Assembly (NCBI GenBank): GCA_030684405.1
Contig: JAUXYA010000032.1
Location: 238,764-302,763 of the forward strand
Direction of reading: 5' to 3'
Origin: Burkholderiales bacterium
GTDB taxonomy: Bacteria > Pseudomonadota > Gammaproteobacteria > Burkholderiales > SG8-41
Length of the DNA stretch: 64,000 bases
A program made the translations under genes and the position numbers. This document shows positions 49,436 to 58,482 of this stretch, in pieces (positions within the stretch are counted from its first letter, which is position 1; each line of letters opens with the position of its first letter). Below the pieces are notes generated by a model. That model had not been told where the DNA came from. It worked only from the letters and a program-made list of their open reading frames with translations, and ran no database searches.

Positions 49436-50872
49436 ATGAACATCATCGAACAATTCACCCCCCTGTTTGCACCGAAAACGGTCGCAGTGATCGGCGCATC
49501 GACCAAGGGCAATGCGTTGCCCAACGTGTTCATTCGCCGCATTCGTGAGTTCGGATTCAGCGGCGACATCTACCCGATCCATCCCGGCGCCGCCGAAATC
49601 GACGGACTGACCGCCTACAAGTCGCTGGCGGACACGCCCAAGCCGGTGGACTACGCCTACATCGCGGTGTCCGGCGCGCAAATTCCGGGCATGCTTGCCG
49701 CGGCTAAGGGCCATGTACGTTTTGCGCAAGTCATCTCCAGCGGCTTCGGAGAGGTTGACGAGGGCAAGGGTCTGCAGGACGAACTGGTGCAGGCGGCAAA
49801 GGCCGGCGGCATGCGCCTGCTGGGGCCGAACTGCCTCGGCATCTACACGCCGCGCGGCCGTGTCACCTTCGCCGAAATCGGTCCGAAAGAGGTCGGCCAT
49901 GTCGGCATCGTGTCGCAAAGCGGCGGATTGGGTACCGACATCATCCGCCGCGGCCTGTCGCGCGGCGTAAAGTTTTCAGGACTGGTTACCGTCGGCAACT
50001 GTGCCGATGTCACGCCCTCTGATCTGCTCGAGTTCTACCTTGCCGATCCGCAAACGAAAGTGATCGGCATGTACATCGAAACCGCCAAGGACGGACGCCG
50101 GCTGTTCGACATCCTGCGCAATGCCGGGGCTTCGAAGCCGGTGGTGATTCTCAAGGGCGGCCGCACCCAGCAGGGCCTTGCCGCCGCCGCGTCGCACACC
50201 GGTTCGCTTGCCGGTGATGACCGCGTGTGGGTAGCGCTGGCGCGGCAAACCGGCTGTATGCTGGCTGACACGCTCGACCACTTCATCGACACGCTGCTGA
50301 TTTTCCAAACCCTGACGCCGCGGCCGCAGAGGCCGACGCGTAAGGTCGTGCTGTTCGGTAACGGCGGCGGTACCAGCGTTCTCGCCACCGACTATTTCGC
50401 GCGTCTCGGACTCGACGTGCTGCCTTTCGAACAGGGCACTATCGACGCGCTGGCGGCGCTGAAGCTGCCGCCGGGTACCAGCATCACCAATCCGGTCGAC
50501 TGTCCGGTGGGTACGCTGCAGCAGGATGACGGCCGTGTCGCCGAAAAGATCCTCGACATCATTTGCGGCCAGGGCAAACCCGAGGCGCTGGTGATGCACC
50601 TCAACCTGTCGGCCTTTGTCGGCCGCACCAAGCCGGAAGTTCTCGACAACCTGATCGCCGCTGCGATGCGGGTGCAGGAAAAATATCCGGAGCAATCGCA
50701 CTTCATCCTGGTGCTGCGCTCCGACGGCGAGCCGGCTCTGGAGGCGCGCAAGCGCGAGTTCCGCGACAAGGCGGTGGCACTGGGTGTGCCGGTGTACGAC
50801 GAGATGGCCAACGCCGGCCATCCGCTCGAGGCGCTGGCGAGTTTCGAGCGCTACAAGGCGGCCCGCGCCTGA
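49436..50872 (+). CDS. CoA-binding / succinyl-CoA-synthetase-like alpha part of ADP-forming acyl-CoA synthetase
   Basis: N-terminal CoA-binding Rossmann fold (…KTVAVIGAS…), an SQSGGLG motif, and a phosphohistidine-loop-like AASHTGSLAG; 478 aa. Confidence 0.8.
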   Translation: MNIIEQFTPLFAPKTVAVIGASTKGNALPNVFIRRIREFGFSGDIYPIHPGAAEIDGLTAYKSLADTPKPVDYAYIAVSGAQIPGMLAAAKGHVRFAQVISSGFGEVDEGKGLQDELVQAAKAGGMRLLGPNCLGIYTPRGRVTFAEIGPKEVGHVGIVSQSGGLGTDIIRRGLSRGVKFSGLVTVGNCADVTPSDLLEFYLADPQTKVIGMYIETAKDGRRLFDILRNAGASKPVVILKGGRTQQGLAAAASHTGSLAGDDRVWVALARQTGCMLADTLDHFIDTLLIFQTLTPRPQRPTRKVVLFGNGGGTSVLATDYFARLGLDVLPFEQGTIDALAALKLPPGTSITNPVDCPVGTLQQDDGRVAEKILDIICGQGKPEALVMHLNLSAFVGRTKPEVLDNLIAAAMRVQEKYPEQSHFILVLRSDGEPALEARKREFRDKAVALGVPVYDEMANAGHPLEALASFERYKAARA

Positions 50873-52071
50873 TGGCTTACCAGCACGGATTTCGCGCCAC
50901 GGGCTATCCTCTGCGTCTGTACAGCGGCAGGGACGCGCTGGAGAACCTGCCGGCAGAACTGAAACGTCATCGTTCGCAGCGGGCTTTTGTGATCTGCGGC
51001 CGCAGCGTGTCGCGCAAAACCGGGCTCGTTGACCGCATCGCGGCGATTCTCGGGCCGGCCTATGCCGGTCGTTATGACGAAATCGAGAAGGACACGACGC
51101 TTGCCTCGGTGCAGGCGGCGACGGCGGCGGCGCGGGCGGCGGATGCCGATCTGCTGATCGGCGTTGGCGCCGGCAGCGTGCTCCAGGGCACGCGCGTGGT
51201 GGCGATACTGCTCGCCGAGCAGGCACCGGTGGAGCGGTTGATCACGCAGTATCCCGACAACGCGCCGGCGATCAGTCCCAAGCTGCTGGCGCCGAAGCTG
51301 CCGATCATCAATGTGCTGACCGCGGCGACTACCGCACAGAACCGCGCGGGCTCGGCGGTGAAGGATCCCGCGCGGCCGAACCGCATGGAATTCTTTGATC
51401 CCAAGACGCGGCCTGTCGCGCTGTTCTGGGATGAAGAAGCGCTGTTGACCGCGCCGGTGTCACTGGCGTGCACCACCGGCACCTCGGTGTTCTGGCGCGC
51501 GATCATGAATCTCGGCGCGCCGCGCATGGCACCGTTGTCGGAGGGCGACCGCCTGCAGGCTTTCCGTCTGGCGCGCGGCGCCTATCCACGCATGGCTGAC
51601 CCGGCAGATGCCGCAGCGCGGCTAGAAATGTGTGCCGCTGCATTTTTGCAGAACCGCGATGCCGACGACGGTGGTGCACTGACCGAGAAACACTGGCCGG
51701 CGCGGGTCACCTATGCGCTGGCAACCGCGCTGTTCAACCGCCATGCCCACGTCGGACAGGGTGAAGCCAACTCGGCGCTGACCGCGACCGTGATCCGCCA
51801 CTTCGGCATGCGCGATCCTGAAGCGATGGCGCTGATTGCCGAGGCATTTGAAGCCACCGACTCGCGTTCACCGCATGAGCGTGCTGCGGATGCCGTGGAG
51901 CGCGCCTTTGCGCAGGCCGGCATGCCCGTGCGGCTGGGTGAACTGGGCATACCGCGGGACAGCCTGGGTGACGTGCTGGAAGCTTCGCTGAAAAACTTCA
52001 ATGCCGATCCGAAACGCGAATTCCTGCGCGAGAGTGATGTACTGATGGCCACCCTGCAGGCCGCCTGGTAG
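50872..52071 (+). CDS. Iron-containing alcohol dehydrogenase family protein
   Basis: 399 aa with Fe-ADH-like sequence (…AFVICGRSV…GVGAGSVLQG…). Its start overlaps the upstream stop by 1 nt (TGATG). Confidence 0.7.
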   Translation: MAYQHGFRATGYPLRLYSGRDALENLPAELKRHRSQRAFVICGRSVSRKTGLVDRIAAILGPAYAGRYDEIEKDTTLASVQAATAAARAADADLLIGVGAGSVLQGTRVVAILLAEQAPVERLITQYPDNAPAISPKLLAPKLPIINVLTAATTAQNRAGSAVKDPARPNRMEFFDPKTRPVALFWDEEALLTAPVSLACTTGTSVFWRAIMNLGAPRMAPLSEGDRLQAFRLARGAYPRMADPADAAARLEMCAAAFLQNRDADDGGALTEKHWPARVTYALATALFNRHAHVGQGEANSALTATVIRHFGMRDPEAMALIAEAFEATDSRSPHERAADAVERAFAQAGMPVRLGELGIPRDSLGDVLEASLKNFNADPKREFLRESDVLMATLQAAW

Positions 52072-52192
52072 GACAGTCCTCCACAGTGCGGTCTGGTACT
52101 TGACGCTACCGGACATGCCGCAGAAACTTGATCGAACAAAAACAGCGACATCAGTCGCAGTTCAGTCAGATTTATCCGAGAGGAGCATACCC

Positions 52193-53212
52193 ATGCATGC
52201 GCTAAGTGTTTCAGGCAGTCTGTCCCTGCGGTCCTTGCTTACCCCATCACGGTTGCTGTGTTGTGGTTTCGCGCTGTTCGCCGCAATGTTGATTCCGGCT
52301 GCCTCGGCACAGCAGTTTCCGCAGCGCCCTGTTCGTTTCATCGTTCCGCTCGCGCCGGGCGGCGGCGTGGACATTACTGCGCGAACCGTCGCACCGCGAC
52401 TCAGCGCGTTGTGGGGGTACACCGTCGTCGTCGACAACAGGCCCGGCGGTACCGGGGCCATCGGGCTGGAAACGGCCGCCCGCGCCCAGCCGGATGGACA
52501 CACCATTGTGCTGATTACCGGGACCCATACCGCACGCCGTGCCACGCATCATGGGCGTCTGTCGTATGACCTGCTGAAGGATTTCAGGGCGGTAACCCAG
52601 ATGACCCGTCAATCGTACGTGCTGGTTCTGCATCCCGGTGTCGCGGCAAAATCGATTCCTGAACTGCTGGCGCTGGCAAAAGCCAAACCCGGCGGTCTGA
52701 CCTATGGTTCTGCCGGACAGGGAAGCCTGCAGCACCTGTCCGGAGCACTGCTGGGTGCGCTGACGAATACCAACTTGCTGCATGTGGCCTACAAAGGTGG
52801 CGGTCCCGCGCTCGCCGATGTGCTCGGTGGACAGATCAGCATGGTGTTTGCCACGCCTCTCGAATCGGTTCCTCATATCAAAAGCGGACGCCTTCGCGCC
52901 CTCGCGGTCACCAGCCCCAAACGCTCCCCTGCATTGCCTGAGTTGCCGTCAATCGCGGAAACCGGCGTCACGGGATACGAGGTGACCAATTGGTACGGCG
53001 TGCTTGCCCCCGTGGCGACTCCGGGGGCCGTCGTCAACATTCTTAACCGGGGAATTATTGATGTCCTGCGCACGCCGGAAATGCAGGAGCGTTTCAAGGC
53101 TGACGGTGTGGAACTGGTGGGGTCGACGCCCGGGGAGTATCAGAAACATATTTCCGCTGAAATCGTGAAGTGGGAAGGGGTCGTGAAAAAAGCGGGAATC
53201 CAGGTGGATTGA
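52193..53212 (+). CDS. Bug/TctC-family periplasmic substrate-binding protein 2
   Basis: Signal peptide and PVRFIVPLAPGGGVDITAR signature. ATG at 52193 follows GAGGAG. Confidence 0.85.
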   Translation: MHALSVSGSLSLRSLLTPSRLLCCGFALFAAMLIPAASAQQFPQRPVRFIVPLAPGGGVDITARTVAPRLSALWGYTVVVDNRPGGTGAIGLETAARAQPDGHTIVLITGTHTARRATHHGRLSYDLLKDFRAVTQMTRQSYVLVLHPGVAAKSIPELLALAKAKPGGLTYGSAGQGSLQHLSGALLGALTNTNLLHVAYKGGGPALADVLGGQISMVFATPLESVPHIKSGRLRALAVTSPKRSPALPELPSIAETGVTGYEVTNWYGVLAPVATPGAVVNILNRGIIDVLRTPEMQERFKADGVELVGSTPGEYQKHISAEIVKWEGVVKKAGIQVD

Positions 53213-53247
53213 TGATGACAATGCCAGATCGGACAAAGGAGCAGAAG

Positions 53248-54168
53248 ATGCGAGTAGGATTCATAGGACTGGGCACGATGGGCGCTTCGATTGCACTGAA
53301 CGCCATGAAGGGCGGATTCGCGCTGACCGTGCACGATGTGCGTAAGGAGGCTGCGGCGCCCCATCTCAAGGCGGGTGCGGTATGGGCAGACAGCGTTGAG
53401 GATACCGGCCGCGATGCCGATGTCGTGCTGACTTCGCTGCCGGGACCGAAGGAAGTAAAAGCCGTGGCCGAGGGGCTGATCAAGGTCATGCGTCCCGGCA
53501 AGGTGTGGTTTGACCTGTCGACCAACTCGCCGACGGTGATACGCGAACTGCATGCGCGTCTTGCCGAAAAGAAAATATCCTTGCTCGACGCGCCGGTCAG
53601 CGGCGGACCATCCGGTGCGAAGTCCGGGAAAATGGCCTTGTGGGTCGGCGGCGACAAGACCGAGTTCGAACGTTGCCGCAAGGTGCTTGATGCCGTCGGC
53701 GACCAGGTGATCCACATCGGTCCTATCGGGGCCGGTTCGGTGGCGAAGCTGGTACACAACTGCGCCGGCTATGCGATGCAACTCGCCCTGGTCGAGTTGT
53801 TCACGATGGGCGTCAAGGCCGGCGTCGAGCCCCTGCCGCTGTGGGCTGCGATCCGTCAGGGCGCACTCGGTCGCAAGCGATCCTTCGACCGCATTGGCGA
53901 CCAGTTCCTCCAGGGTAAATTTGATCCGCCGAATTTCGCGCTGGCACTGGCGCACAAGGATGTCACGCTGGCGACCGAGCTGGCACGCGAGATCGGGGTG
54001 CCGATGCGGTTGGCGAATCTGACCTACGCCGAAATGACCGATGCGTTGAACCGCGGCTGGGAGAAACGCGATTCGCGTTCGTACCTGATCCTGCAGCAAG
54101 AGCGTGCCGGCGTCAGTATCAAGGTGCCGGCCGAGGACATCGAGGCGGTGTTGAAGCGCGACGGCTGA
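53248..54168 (+). CDS. NAD(P)-dependent beta-hydroxyacid dehydrogenase (3-hydroxyisobutyrate / tartronate-semialdehyde reductase family)
   Basis: N-terminal MRVGFIGLGTMG dinucleotide fold and a 6PGDH-like C-terminal domain. SD AAGGAG precedes the ATG at 53248. Confidence 0.85.
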   Translation: MRVGFIGLGTMGASIALNAMKGGFALTVHDVRKEAAAPHLKAGAVWADSVEDTGRDADVVLTSLPGPKEVKAVAEGLIKVMRPGKVWFDLSTNSPTVIRELHARLAEKKISLLDAPVSGGPSGAKSGKMALWVGGDKTEFERCRKVLDAVGDQVIHIGPIGAGSVAKLVHNCAGYAMQLALVELFTMGVKAGVEPLPLWAAIRQGALGRKRSFDRIGDQFLQGKFDPPNFALALAHKDVTLATELAREIGVPMRLANLTYAEMTDALNRGWEKRDSRSYLILQQERAGVSIKVPAEDIEAVLKRDG

Positions 54169-54425
54169 TAAATCTGCCGGGATGTGTTTCCGGCTGGCCA
54201 GGCTTAAAGTGCGGCTTCGATCGGGTGCGCACGGCCATGCCTGATCGCCGAAGAAGACAGATGTTCCGCGCCCTGCTGCTGTGGAGCGAGCCAACGCGAG
54301 AAACGCAGGGTGCGCCGACGCTCAAAGACTATGGGAAAATCGATTTCAAGGCCTACAAACCGCCAGTAGACTGAAGACGCCCGAGGCAATCGGGCGTGGT
54401 CGACAAACAGCAGGAGGGATCCAGC

Positions 54426-54665
54426 ATGTTTGCAATTGTCAGCAAATCCGATGGTTTCCCGGTCAGCCGCAGCGTCGGCGGAGGGCAACCCGACCTCGTG
54501 GTGACCTGGACTTCGGGCGACAAGGCGAAAGCCTTCCTCGCCACCAAAGGCATCGAAGCCGAGTATTCAGTGGTGCCTCTCACCGAGGGTGCGTTGGCCG
54601 GCATGGCGAAGGCGTTGGGCTGTGATGCCGATGCCATCGCCTTTGATGCTTATCCCGAAAAATAA
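54426..54665 (+). CDS. Small hypothetical protein (79 aa)
   Basis: ORF with strong SD AGGAGGG upstream of the ATG at 54426. I recognise no family, and 167-257-nt non-coding gaps lie on both sides. Confidence 0.4.
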   Translation: MFAIVSKSDGFPVSRSVGGGQPDLVVTWTSGDKAKAFLATKGIEAEYSVVPLTEGALAGMAKALGCDADAIAFDAYPEK

Positions 54666-54832
54666 CCGTCCATGTCGCGCACGTCGGCGCCTTGACGTAC
54701 CCACCGGCTTCCGCGCGCTGCGTGTCAATCGCTCGTTCTTTGCCTGGCCTGATCCTGCCGGGCTTTCTGGCACGCCGGTGACCGGCCGTCGGCTACAATG
54801 CCAGTGACTCAATCAGGCAAGGATGGATGTGA

Positions 54833-55228
54833 ATGGAAACGCTGCATACCGGCATGACACTCACCGTTGAACGCGAGGTCACCGAGGCGATGACCACGCA
54901 GCGTGGCGAATACAAGATTTTTTCCACGCCGAACATGGTGCAGTTCTGCGAAAGTGCCGCCGGACAACTGGTGGCGCCGCATCTCAAGCCGGATCAGGGA
55001 CAGGTCGGCATGGTGGTGACCATCCGCCACATGGGGCCGACCCCGATGGGCAAACGTGTGCGCGCCGAAGTGGAACTCACCGGCATTGACCGGCGCCGCC
55101 TGAGTTTCAAGATCAGGGTTTTCGATGACGTGGAGCAGGTCGGTGAATGCGATCACGACCGTTTCGTCGTCGATCTCGACAAGTATCAGGCGAAGCTCAA
55201 ACGGAAAATTGAGAGCTCAAGCAATTAA
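54833..55228 (+). CDS. Hot-dog fold thioesterase (FlK / fluoroacetyl-CoA-thioesterase-like family)
   Basis: 131 aa. The pattern …FSTPNMVQFCESAA…GMVVTIRHMGPTP…RRRLSFKIRVFD…G…HDRFVV… resembles FlK-type thioesterases. Confidence 0.65.
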   Translation: METLHTGMTLTVEREVTEAMTTQRGEYKIFSTPNMVQFCESAAGQLVAPHLKPDQGQVGMVVTIRHMGPTPMGKRVRAEVELTGIDRRRLSFKIRVFDDVEQVGECDHDRFVVDLDKYQAKLKRKIESSSN

Positions 55229-55230
55229 TA

Positions 55231-55248
55231 TAAGTACTTGATTTTATT
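55231..55248 (-). repeat. AT-rich 18-mer motif copy e (minus strand reads AATAAAATCAAGTACTTA)
   Basis: Full WATCAANNNNTTR match in the 22-nt convergent gap between the thioesterase and the DMT transporter. Confidence 0.7.
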
Positions 55249-55250
55249 GA

Positions 55251-56030
55251 CTATTTTTGTAAAGTGCTGCGCCGCGCGAGGGCAATGCCGATGAGTACCA
55301 GCGCAGCACCGGAGAACTGTAGCCAGCCCAGGGTTTCGCCCAGCAGCACCCAGGCAAACAGCGTCGCCATCACCGGTTGCAGCAGCAGGCCTACCGAGGA
55401 AAACACCGCCGGAAGATGGGCCATTGCCCAGGCGATCAGACTCTGACCGATGACCTGTGCGCACAAGGCGATGCCGATCAGCATTACCCATCCCGTGCTG
55501 CTGTCCGGCAGCAGCTGTTCACCCGATAGCCAGGCAATCGGCAGCAGCAGCAACGCCATGATCGTGCTGCTCCAGGCCATCAGGCTTGCTGTCGGCATGT
55601 ATGCACGTAGCCGGGTCACGGCAATCTGGTAGGCGGCGTAGAACATCGCGGTAATGACGCCGAGGCCGTCGCCGAGCAGTGCCGTGCCGCCCTGGCCGAA
55701 GCTGGCGCCGATCAGCAGCAGCGTGCCGGACATGGCGGCAGCGAGTCCGGTGACGAACAGTTTTCGCGGTACCTGCCCGTAGAGCAGCCAGACCGCTGCC
55801 GCGACGAAAATCGGCGCGAGGTTGGCGAGCAGCGTGGTGTTGGCAACCGAAGTCAGCAGGATCGACCAGTGCCATACGGCGAGATCGCCGGCAAAAAAGG
55901 CGCCGACGGCGAAGAGTTTGCCGCGATGTGCGCGCAAATGCCCGGCCTGCCGCGCCACACCCTCGCTCGCCAGCGTCCACAACCACAGCAGCGGCAGCGC
56001 CAGGAACACGCGCCAGAAAGCGGTTGCCAC
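55251..56030 (-). CDS. EamA/DMT-family transporter (N-terminus unresolved)
   Basis: Polytopic EamA-like sequence. The same frame stays open and hydrophobic (…EWLALTALFAGATAIATAPLFVKVSETGP) upstream to 56165, but contains no ATG, GTG or TTG there. Confidence 0.8.
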   Translation of the reverse strand: MATAFWRVFLALPLLWLWTLASEGVARQAGHLRAHRGKLFAVGAFFAGDLAVWHWSILLTSVANTTLLANLAPIFVAAAVWLLYGQVPRKLFVTGLAAAMSGTLLLIGASFGQGGTALLGDGLGVITAMFYAAYQIAVTRLRAYMPTASLMAWSSTIMALLLLPIAWLSGEQLLPDSSTGWVMLIGIALCAQVIGQSLIAWAMAHLPAVFSSVGLLLQPVMATLFAWVLLGETLGWLQFSGAALVLIGIALARRSTLQK

Positions 56031-56136
56031 CGGACCGGTTTCGCTGACCTTGACGAACAGCGGTGCAGTGGCAATGGCAGTCGCGCCGGCGAACAGCGCG
56101 GTGAGCGCGAGCCATTCCCGCGCGGGGGTTGCCAGA

Positions 56137-56601
56137 TCAGCCCCCAGTGGCGGGAGTGCGCCGCCTCAGGCCGCGGTAGAGGCCGAACAGGATCAGCGCA
56201 TCCAGTGCCCCGGCGAATAGTCCGAACACCAGCCGTCCTTCGGTTTCAGATACCGCCACCTGCCGGCTTGACGTAGTGGCGCCGCCGGAAGTCGTGACGC
56301 TGCGCCGGAAATCACGGTCGCCGGGGCCGAAGGCGATCCAGTTGAAAAGGATCAGGAACGCGCAGAATGCGATCACAGCACAGTACGCAGCGAATTTCGG
56401 TATCAGGCGCGAACACAGCAGGCCGAGCCCGGCGCCTGTGAACACCGCGCCCGCCAGCCACAACATGACCGGCTGGCGCAGCGCACCGGGATCGGAGGGC
56501 AGCAGGCCGAGCTGCAGGCCGAAGATTGCCAGGCCTGCTGCGGTGAAGGGCGTACCGAACAACAGGGCTATCACCAGCGGAATCTGCCGGCGCGCCGGCA
56601 T
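56137..56601 (-). CDS. Hypothetical integral membrane protein
   Basis: About 154 aa with four predicted hydrophobic helices. ATG at 56601 lies 4 nt after the enoyl-CoA hydratase stop. Confidence 0.5.
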   Translation of the reverse strand: MPARRQIPLVIALLFGTPFTAAGLAIFGLQLGLLPSDPGALRQPVMLWLAGAVFTGAGLGLLCSRLIPKFAAYCAVIAFCAFLILFNWIAFGPGDRDFRRSVTTSGGATTSSRQVAVSETEGRLVFGLFAGALDALILFGLYRGLRRRTPATGG

Positions 56602-56605
56602 CGGC

Positions 56606-57382
56606 TCAGCGCCCGGTGAACTTGGGTTTGCGCTTTTCAATGAATGCCGCCATGCCTTCCTTCTGGTCTTGCGAGGCGAACAGCATCTGCAGCGTGCGCG
56701 TTTCCAGCGTGAGTCCGGTTTCCAGCGACGCGTCCATGCCGCGGATCACGGACTCCTTGGTCTGCTGGATGGCCAGCGGCGGCAGTTCAGCGATCTGCGC
56801 GGCCATAACCACGGCACGTTTCTCGACTTCTGCGTCGGGCACGATCTCGCTGACAAGGCCCATGTCAAAGGCCTCCTTTGCGCCGAATAGGTCGCCGGTA
56901 AGCACATAGCGCATCGCCTTGTATTTACCTACAGTGCGCGGGAAACGCTGGGTGCCGCCGCCGCCGGGGATGATGCCGATCTTCACTTCCGGCTGGCCGA
57001 ACTTCGCTGACTCGCCGGCGATGATGATGTCGCAGGTCATCGCCAGTTCACAACCGCCGCCCAGCGCGAAGCCATTGACTGCCGCGATCACCGGTTTCGG
57101 GCAAGCGTAAATGGTGCGCCACATTTTCTGGGTACCACGCAGTAACATTTCGATAGTCGAAGCGTTCGCCATTTCCTTGATATCGGCGCCCGCAGCGAAG
57201 GCCTTATCGTTGCCGGTGAGCACGATGCAGCGCACCGAGTCGTCATCGGTCATTTCAGTCAGGTAGTGGCCGATCAGCCGCCGCACCTCAAGGTTGAGCG
57301 CGTTGCGCGCTTCAGGCCGGTTGATGCGGATCAGGCCCACGCCTTCGGCGGGGCGCTCGGTGATGACGGCGGGTGCATTCAT
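56606..57382 (-). CDS. Enoyl-CoA hydratase/isomerase (crotonase family)
   Basis: 258 aa with typical crotonase sequence (…INRPEARNALN…GGGCELAM…). Confidence 0.9.
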   Translation of the reverse strand: MNAPAVITERPAEGVGLIRINRPEARNALNLEVRRLIGHYLTEMTDDDSVRCIVLTGNDKAFAAGADIKEMANASTIEMLLRGTQKMWRTIYACPKPVIAAVNGFALGGGCELAMTCDIIIAGESAKFGQPEVKIGIIPGGGGTQRFPRTVGKYKAMRYVLTGDLFGAKEAFDMGLVSEIVPDAEVEKRAVVMAAQIAELPPLAIQQTKESVIRGMDASLETGLTLETRTLQMLFASQDQKEGMAAFIEKRKPKFTGR

Positions 57383-57427
57383 GAATGGACTCCTGGTTTC
57401 ATTTACGGGGGGCGGTGTGAGGGGCCA

Positions 57428-57459
57428 AACGGAAACGGGCTCCTACGGAGCCCGTTTCC
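57428..57459 (-). terminator. Strong hairpin between Bug-3 and the enoyl-CoA hydratase gene
   Basis: Perfect 13-bp stem GGAAACGGGCTCC/GGAGCCCGTTTCC with a 3-nt loop. Only a weak GTTTGG follows on the minus strand. Confidence 0.4.
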
Positions 57460-57472
57460 GCAGAGCGGTTGT

Positions 57473-58453
57473 TTACTGCTTGGCGAGGCCGATATCGACC
57501 AGCACAGCCTTGATGTCGTTGTAATCCTTGGCGATGTCCTTGCTGAACTGGGCATGTCCGACGAAGTCGTCCGACCAGTAGTTCTTCTCGAGGTCAGCCT
57601 TCCAGTCCGGGTTGGAGGCTACCTTGCGCAGCACGCCTTCCCAGTAGGCGATCTGCGCAGGTGTAATATCCTTCGGCGCCATGATCGCGCGCCAGCCACC
57701 ATAGACCAGATTTGCACCCTGCTCCTTCCAGGTGGGCACTTGGGCGAAGGCGCCGGGGAAGCGCTTTTCCGCAGACACACCGATCACGCGCAGCCGTCCC
57801 TCGGCGACATGCCCGGCGACGTTGCCCGCCGCAGTGGTGACCAGGTCGATGTGGCCGCCCAGCACCGAGGTGATGGCTTCCGCCGAACCCTTGAAGGCAA
57901 TGGCTTTCAGATTGCGCGCGTTGACGCCGACGCTTTTTGCGAGCAAGCCGGCAGCGATATGGTTATGGCTGCCCAGCGTAGTGGCAAAGCCGATGGACAC
58001 CGACTGGGGATTTTCCTTCAGCTTCGCGATCAGGTCCTTGCCGGTCTTGATCGGAGAGTTCGGGTTTACCGCGAACACCACGTAGTCGTTGAACAGAGAG
58101 GCCACCGGCGTGAAGTCCATATAGCTGAGCTGACTGGTGCCGACGATGTGATTGGTCAGCAGCGCGGTGGTGCCGATCAGCAGCGTGTGCGGATCGCCCT
58201 TTTTCTGGTTGACGTAATTGAAGGCGATCGTGCTGCCGCCTCCGGGACGGTTGACCACGGTCAGCGAAACCGGGATCAGCTTGCCCTCGACAATGGCTCG
58301 TTCGACGGTACGCGCAGTCCGGTCGTTGCTGCCGCCGGGGGCGGAGCCGACGACGATTTCGACATTGCGGCTCGGTGACCAGCTTTGCTGGGCTTGGGCT
58401 GCGGGTACCGCGGCGACGATAGCGGTGACACAAAGTGCAATTAGTGATTTCAT
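57473..58453 (-). CDS. Bug/TctC-family periplasmic substrate-binding protein 3
   Basis: Signal peptide and NVEIVVGSAPGGSNDRTAR signature. It is most similar to Bug-1 (43465-44448). Confidence 0.85.
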   Translation of the reverse strand: MKSLIALCVTAIVAAVPAAQAQQSWSPSRNVEIVVGSAPGGSNDRTARTVERAIVEGKLIPVSLTVVNRPGGGSTIAFNYVNQKKGDPHTLLIGTTALLTNHIVGTSQLSYMDFTPVASLFNDYVVFAVNPNSPIKTGKDLIAKLKENPQSVSIGFATTLGSHNHIAAGLLAKSVGVNARNLKAIAFKGSAEAITSVLGGHIDLVTTAAGNVAGHVAEGRLRVIGVSAEKRFPGAFAQVPTWKEQGANLVYGGWRAIMAPKDITPAQIAYWEGVLRKVASNPDWKADLEKNYWSDDFVGHAQFSKDIAKDYNDIKAVLVDIGLAKQ

Positions 58454-58482
58454 GCTTGGGTTCTCCTCGTTTTAAGTGCGGA

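Noticed and set aside
54261-54374. 37-codon ORF (MFRALLLWSEPTRETQGAPTLKDYGKIDFKAYKPPVD) in the gap after the beta-hydroxyacid dehydrogenase gene.
   Set aside because: No SD, no recognisable family, and too short to separate from chance in GC-rich sequence. It could equally be a remnant of a decayed gene.
54768-54785. Sigma54-like element CTGGCACGCCGGTGACC upstream of the thioesterase gene.
   Set aside because: The -24 TGGCAC is good, but the -12 element reads TGAC instead of TTGC. No enhancer-binding-protein gene is nearby. A single near-match is expected by chance in GC-rich DNA.
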